Shown: one piece after another, positions 60,801 to 64,000 of the stretch
How the letters are laid out: each line of letters begins with the position of its first letter
Position numbering within the stretch: position 1 is the first letter of the stretch
Assembly (NCBI GenBank): GCA_964500505.1
Contig: CAZCNN010000003.1
Span: 176-64,175, forward strand
DNA length: 64,000 nucleotides
Reading direction: 5' to 3'
Origin: an uncultured Bdellovibrionales bacterium
GTDB taxonomy: Bacteria; Patescibacteriota; Minisyncoccia; Moranbacterales; UBA1568
Notes under the pieces: generated by a model
What the model was told of the DNA's origin: nothing
Database searches by the model: none
What the model saw: the letters and a program-made list of their open reading frames with translations, nothing else
Made by a program: the position numbers and the translations under genes

Positions 60801-63800
60801 CTCCTCCCAGCCGCAACGGACGCTCTCTCATCGACGACCTCCTCTGGATCGGGTCTCGAGCTGACCTCAAGTGGCCTCTCGCTCCTCCAGGGTTGTGGTA
60901 ATAATGAAGTGCTTTCCTGGAATGAGACCTCTGATGTCTGGGCCTGCTCTTCTGTTTCTGGAGTGGGAGGTGTGACCGGGACTGGTGCTACCAATCAGGT
61001 GGCGTACTGGACCGGTACGTCGACACTGGCTGGCGAGAATCAGTTGAGTGTGTCACGAGGAGGGACCGGAGCAGCCACACTCACCAGTAACGGTGTCCTC
61101 TATGGCAATGGTACGAGTGCCATCCAAGCGACGACCGCCGGGACTGATGCTCAGGTGCTGGTCGCCAATGGTAGCGGTGTCCCTGTCTTTGTCTCGTTGA
61201 GTGGTGATGTCACTATCACCAATGCTGGTGTGGCAACTATTGGTGCCAATACCGTGGCTCTCGGTACTGATACCACCGGGAACTATGTGGCAACGCTCAC
61301 CTCCGGAAATGGTATCTCAGCAACTGCGACTGGTGAAGGCTCAACCCCGACTATCGCTCTTGGCGCACTCTCCGCTGACTGGAACCAAACCGGTGCGTTT
61401 GATATCTCTCTCAACAATGCTTCCTCAGAACTCAAGATTCTCGAATCATCTGGAGCGACCTACTTCGGTATCTTGGATGCTGGTGATCTCTCAGCAGATC
61501 GGACTTATACGCTGCCTGATGCAAGTGGTACAGTTGCCCTAACCTCTGATATTCACAGTGCCGTGACATTGTCCGGAGAGAACTATCTCTCGCTTGCTGG
61601 TCAGGTCATCACAGCTAATGCGGTCAATCTCTCTGGAACCAATGTAGCCGGAACACTGGCAGCTGCTCGTTTTGGGACGCTTACGGGAGATGTGACGACT
61701 GCAGGAGGGAGCTATGCGACAACTATTGCAGCAGATGCGGTCGCGCTCGGGACTGATACGACTGGGAACTACGTCTCTTCCGCTACGAGTAACGGCGGTC
61801 TCACCCTCACTGGTACCGAAGGTGCCTCTCTCGGTATCCTCCTCCCATCGGCAACAGACGCTCTTTCATCGTCGACTTCCTCTGGATCGGGTCTCGAGCT
61901 TCTCTCGGCAGGACTGACACTCCTTCAGGGTTGTGCTAATGATCAGGTTCTCGCGTGGAATGAGACGGCAGATACGTGGGCCTGTTCTGACAAGACCGGT
62001 GGAACCAGTAACTTTACTGATAGTGGTACGGTGACGTATCTCACTTCGACGACGGATGACTTTGCACTCGGTGGGACTGGCGTCGATGTATCATCGTACT
62101 TCTTCGATGTCTCTGCCGGGACAATTCAATTTGAAGGTACGAGTGCCGACGCTAATGAAACCACCCTGGTCGTGACCAATCCGACAGCTGACCAGACCAT
62201 AACCTTTGCAGACGCTTCCGGTACCGTTATCCTCTCTGGACATACTTTCTCTGGTGATGTGACTGGTACTCTCGGAACCGGTGGGACCACCGCTCTCACC
62301 ATTGCTTCCGACAGTGTGGCGCTTTCTACTGATACCACCGGTAACTACGTCCAGTCCATCACCAATGGTTCTGGTATCTCAGGAGGCAATGGTGGCAGTG
62401 AAGGAGCTGCTCTCATTCTCGCGCTTGGCGCACTCTCCGCTGACTGGAACCAAACCGGTGCGTTTGATATCTCTCTTAACAATGCCTCCTCAGAACTCAA
62501 GATTCTCGAATCAGCCGGAGCCACCTTCTTCGGTATCTTTGATGTGGCTGACCTCTCCAGTGCTGACAAGACGTATACGTTTCCGAATGCCTCTGGTACC
62601 GTTATCACTACTGGTAACCTCACTGATATCACGACGGTAGGAACAGTCGTCTCTGGTACTTGGAATGGCACGGCTATCGGAGCTCAGTATGGTGGGACGG
62701 GGTTGAATGGCTCTTCCGCCGCCAACGGTACGCTCCTTATCGGCAACGGAAGCGGTTATACGCTCGCCACCTTAACCGATGGAACGGGTATTACTATCAC
62801 TGAGGGATCAGGTACGATTTCGATTGCTTCTACTCTCGGAACAGACATCTCCGGATCAGAAATTGTTGACGGTACTATTGAAGAAGTAGACCTCGAAGTG
62901 ACCAATTCACCAGTGGGTGGATATGTCCTCACCTATGACTCAGGTACTGCCGGCTTTACCTGGGTAGATGGTGGAGGACTTGGTAATTCCAAATTCACTG
63001 ACTCCGGAACCTTTACCTATCTCACCAACACAGGCGATGACTTGGGTATCGGTGGTTCAACACTTACCTCTGCTCGTTACGTGTTTGATGTGAGTACCAC
63101 TGGTAATACCATCTCCTTTGAGGGCACTGGTGCTGATGATGCCAATGAAACAGCCCTCGTGGTGACTAACCCGACGGGAGACCGGACGATTACACTGCCG
63201 GATTCCTCCGGTACGGTCCTCCTTACTGGTGGTACCCTCCTCACTCTCGCTGGTACGAGCGGTTCTAACCAAACCATCTCTCAGGGTGACACGATTACTA
63301 TCGCCGCTGGGACCGGTATCACCACAACGGGTGGCACGACGGATACGGTAACCATCGCCAGTACTCTCGGCACTGCTATCGATACGACTGAAATTACTGA
63401 TGGCACGATTCTTGAAGTTGATCTGAATGCCACCAATGCCCCCGTTGATACCTATATCCTTTCGTACGATAACGCGTCTGGAGGCTTTACCTGGATATCG
63501 AATACCGGTGGTTCAGGGGCGTCCAAATTCACCGACTCTGGCACCATTACCTATCTGACCAATACAACTGATGATCTCGCTATTGGTGGCTCCACCTCGA
63601 ATGCCTCCAAGTTCTTCTTTGATGTGAACACGGGTAACCAGATTATTTTCGAAGGTACCGGTGCTGATGATGCCAATGAGACAACGCTGGTGATTACCAA
63701 TCCGACTGCCGATCGAACGCTCACTCTTCCGAACCTGACTGGCACGATTGCGACCATCGATGGAGCACAGACCTTTACCTCTGCTACTTGGAATGGTACG

Positions 63801-64000
63801 GCTATCGGGGCACAGTACGGTGGGACAGGGATCAATACCTCGGCCTCGACCGGTGTCCCAACCATTTCCTCGGGAACGTGGAGTGTCTCGGCTCAGCTCT
63901 CAGCTCTTCGTGGTGGCACCGGTGTGGATGGGTCGGCAGCGTCAAACGGTACTCTCCTCATCGGGAATGGCTCTGGCTATACGCTTGCCAATCTCACCGG
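54849..64000 (+). CDS. Giant G/T/S-rich repetitive surface or fibre protein (>3,050 aa, truncated at the window edge)
   Basis: ATG 54849, signal-like N-terminus (MPLYVKNKKRK...LVVGALVLG); the same frame still reads as protein at 64000 (..IGNGSGYTLANLT) and the track lists no terminated ORF in this frame; GGTG, TDTTGNYV and LLQGC..W..W.C repeats. Confidence 0.9.
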   Translation, partial: MPLYVKNKKRKTAYSSLATALVVGALVLGWLDLRPSFAQSTVNQIEQISLSASLFGKDNRIIKNGTYQVRFVIYATDRATADPYPSNTDTRIWEETQEVTVKGGMFRTFLGSVTPLPASLNFETGSYYVGIRIGTDSEMVPRKKLGSVPRAINSQFLQGRSIGTKLGDIPLLGKGGKVDIKNLPTGTGPKQLVLGNDSRLGDAHQQNTDIGTDSEVFNIGSGTALSGTNFDLTVSSAATAPALRFNGTTQAWQLSNDGTTFTDIGSGSSGPITLGTDTDGNYVASVADGDGISGGSAGSEGAALTLGIDLLDSADGTGATSSNSGFEFGGAGSDELALLQGCSNGQGIAWNDTTNVWECTSFSAGLAGSGSTGYATYWSGTSALGSEAYLHPVRGGTGLDASSASNGSLLIGNGSGFSLNTLAGGTGVSVTNGSGVITLGIDATTSGTTAVTSSNSGIEATASGIRLLGGCSNDQVLAWNSGSSVWVCSNKSGGTSDWTSTGSLTYLTDVNDDLVIGGTAVDEGFVFDVSAGTLSFEGSSANGFETAIGVINPTADNAINFPDVSGTVVTTGNLTDITAVGTIASGTWNGSVIGTTYGGTGASSLNNLIALGTHTTGNYVASVGNGNGITGGATGSEGGTLTLGIDLLDSADGTGSTSNNSGLEFQGAGSNELALLQGCANNEVLSWNDGSSVWQCASVTGVGGIDGTGSANAVAYWTDSNTLTYEAELSVSRGGTGIGSYTIGDLLYASGSGTLSALADVATGNVLISGGVGIAPSWGKVNLTTAVSGTLPVGNGGTGATSLNDLITLTTHTTGNYVQSITNGSGISGGDGGSEGAALTLALGALSADWNQTGAFDISLNNASSELKILESAGATFFGIFDVADLSSADKTYTFPNASGTVITTGNLTDITTVGTVVSGTWNGTAIGAQYGGTGINTSASTGVPVISSGTWSVASQLGVAQGGTGAATLTSNGVLYGNGTSAIQATTAGTDAQLLVANGSGVPVFVSMSGDITITNAGVTTIGANTVALTTDTTGNYVASVGNGNGITGGAAGSEGATLTLGLDLLDSADGTGGTSSNSGLEFQGAGSNELALLQGCANNDVLAWVDASNTWACTSVGGVGAGDITAIGDVTSGAAFDGTQGTQLIFNDVDGDGTLTIANLSAIRTWTLPDTTGTLITTGDTGTVTGTMIADNTIEEVDFEATNSPTNGYILSYDNTTGGFTWISNTGGSGSSKFTDSGTITYLTDTTDDLAIGGSTSNASKFFFDVNTGNQIIFEGTGADDANETTLVITNPTTDKTITFADASGTVILSGHTFSSDVTGTLGSGGSTALTIASDSVALGTDTTGNYVSSATSNGGLTLTGTEGASLGILLPSATNGLSATTSSGSGLELTSSGLSLLQGCADNEVLSWDEAADVWKCNSVGGVGAGDITAVGNVTSGAAFDGTAGTELYFNDVDGDGLLTIANLSAARTYTLPDASGTVATINGGQTFTSATWNATTIAVAYGGTGATTLTSNGVLYGNGTSAIQATTAGTDAQLLVANGSGVPVFVSMSGDITITNAGVTTIGANTVALTTDTTGNYVASITAGSGVSGTVASEGATPTLDVDLLDSADGTGGTSSNSGLEFQGSGSDELTLLQGCSNNQLLLWNDSTNVWYCGSVSGAGGIDGAGATGQVAYFTDADTLSSEAELSVSRGGTGIGSYTIGDLLYASGSGTLSALADVATGNVLISGGVGIAPSWGKVNLTTAVSGTLPVGNGGTGATSLNDLITLTTHTTGNYVQSITNGSGISGGNGGSEGAALILALGALSADWNQTGAFDISLNNASSELKILESAGATFFGIFDVADLSSADKTYTFPNVSGTVATIDGGQTFTSATWNASTLTVAYGGTGATTLTPNGVLYGNGTGAVQATSAGTNGQLLLGVSSSAPVFATMSGDATINNSGTVTIASNAVALTTDTTGNYVSSATSNGGLTLTGTEGASLGILLPAATDALSSTTSSGSGLELTSSGLSLLQGCGNNEVLSWNETSDVWACSSVSGVGGVTGTGATNQVAYWTGTSTLAGENQLSVSRGGTGAATLTSNGVLYGNGTSAIQATTAGTDAQVLVANGSGVPVFVSLSGDVTITNAGVATIGANTVALGTDTTGNYVATLTSGNGISATATGEGSTPTIALGALSADWNQTGAFDISLNNASSELKILESSGATYFGILDAGDLSADRTYTLPDASGTVALTSDIHSAVTLSGENYLSLAGQVITANAVNLSGTNVAGTLAAARFGTLTGDVTTAGGSYATTIAADAVALGTDTTGNYVSSATSNGGLTLTGTEGASLGILLPSATDALSSSTSSGSGLELLSAGLTLLQGCANDQVLAWNETADTWACSDKTGGTSNFTDSGTVTYLTSTTDDFALGGTGVDVSSYFFDVSAGTIQFEGTSADANETTLVVTNPTADQTITFADASGTVILSGHTFSGDVTGTLGTGGTTALTIASDSVALSTDTTGNYVQSITNGSGISGGNGGSEGAALILALGALSADWNQTGAFDISLNNASSELKILESAGATFFGIFDVADLSSADKTYTFPNASGTVITTGNLTDITTVGTVVSGTWNGTAIGAQYGGTGLNGSSAANGTLLIGNGSGYTLATLTDGTGITITEGSGTISIASTLGTDISGSEIVDGTIEEVDLEVTNSPVGGYVLTYDSGTAGFTWVDGGGLGNSKFTDSGTFTYLTNTGDDLGIGGSTLTSARYVFDVSTTGNTISFEGTGADDANETALVVTNPTGDRTITLPDSSGTVLLTGGTLLTLAGTSGSNQTISQGDTITIAAGTGITTTGGTTDTVTIASTLGTAIDTTEITDGTILEVDLNATNAPVDTYILSYDNASGGFTWISNTGGSGASKFTDSGTITYLTNTTDDLAIGGSTSNASKFFFDVNTGNQIIFEGTGADDANETTLVITNPTADRTLTLPNLTGTIATIDGAQTFTSATWNGTAIGAQYGGTGINTSASTGVPTISSGTWSVSAQLSALRGGTGVDGSAASNGTLLIGNGSGYTLANLT
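57024..62701 (+). repeat. Near-identical internal DNA duplications in the giant gene
   Basis: 57024-57540 ~ 59907-60423; 57285-57652 ~ 62334-62701; 57756-57967 ~ 59385-59596; also 58602-58726 ~ 63576-63700. Confidence 0.9.

Noticed and set aside
54958-63865. Many short ORFs listed in the track over the last 9 kb
   Set aside because: They are shadow frames of the single giant ORF starting at 54849.

Overview
A 64-kb, mostly plus-strand housekeeping segment read in genetic code 11 (TGA = stop). Gene content and style suggest a Patescibacteria/CPR genome (Parcubacteria-like; inference). It encodes infC-rpmI-rplT, smpB and tmRNA, five aminoacyl-tRNA synthetases (argS, ileS, glyQS, metG, leuS), tgt, recO, rsmI, tatD, the atpBEFHAGDC operon, glmS, folD, tRNA-Leu(CAA), parAB and a mannose-1-P guanylyltransferase. 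A >3,050-aa repeat-rich surface or fibre protein starts at 54849, runs off the right edge and is absent from the ORF track. The most unusual signals are: (1) two four-helix-bundle (IVS/Avd-like) genes, one inside the atp operon and one between the ileS T-box and ileS, each bracketed by inverted arrays of 7- or 8-nt periodic repeats, with many ORF-less arrays at gene junctions and some in frame within genes; (2) a PAS-ECF sigma fusion directly upstream of a split class III ribonucleotide reductase, NrdG and a hemerythrin, a candidate oxygen/redox-responsive module; (3) several families of small palindromic or MITE-like elements, inserted in frame in essential genes, at promoter -35 boxes, in the T-box and at both ends of tmRNA; (4) a LeuRS with a degenerate editing motif. 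No CRISPR array, rRNA, transposase or reverse transcriptase was seen. All family calls come from motif recognition by eye, not database searches.
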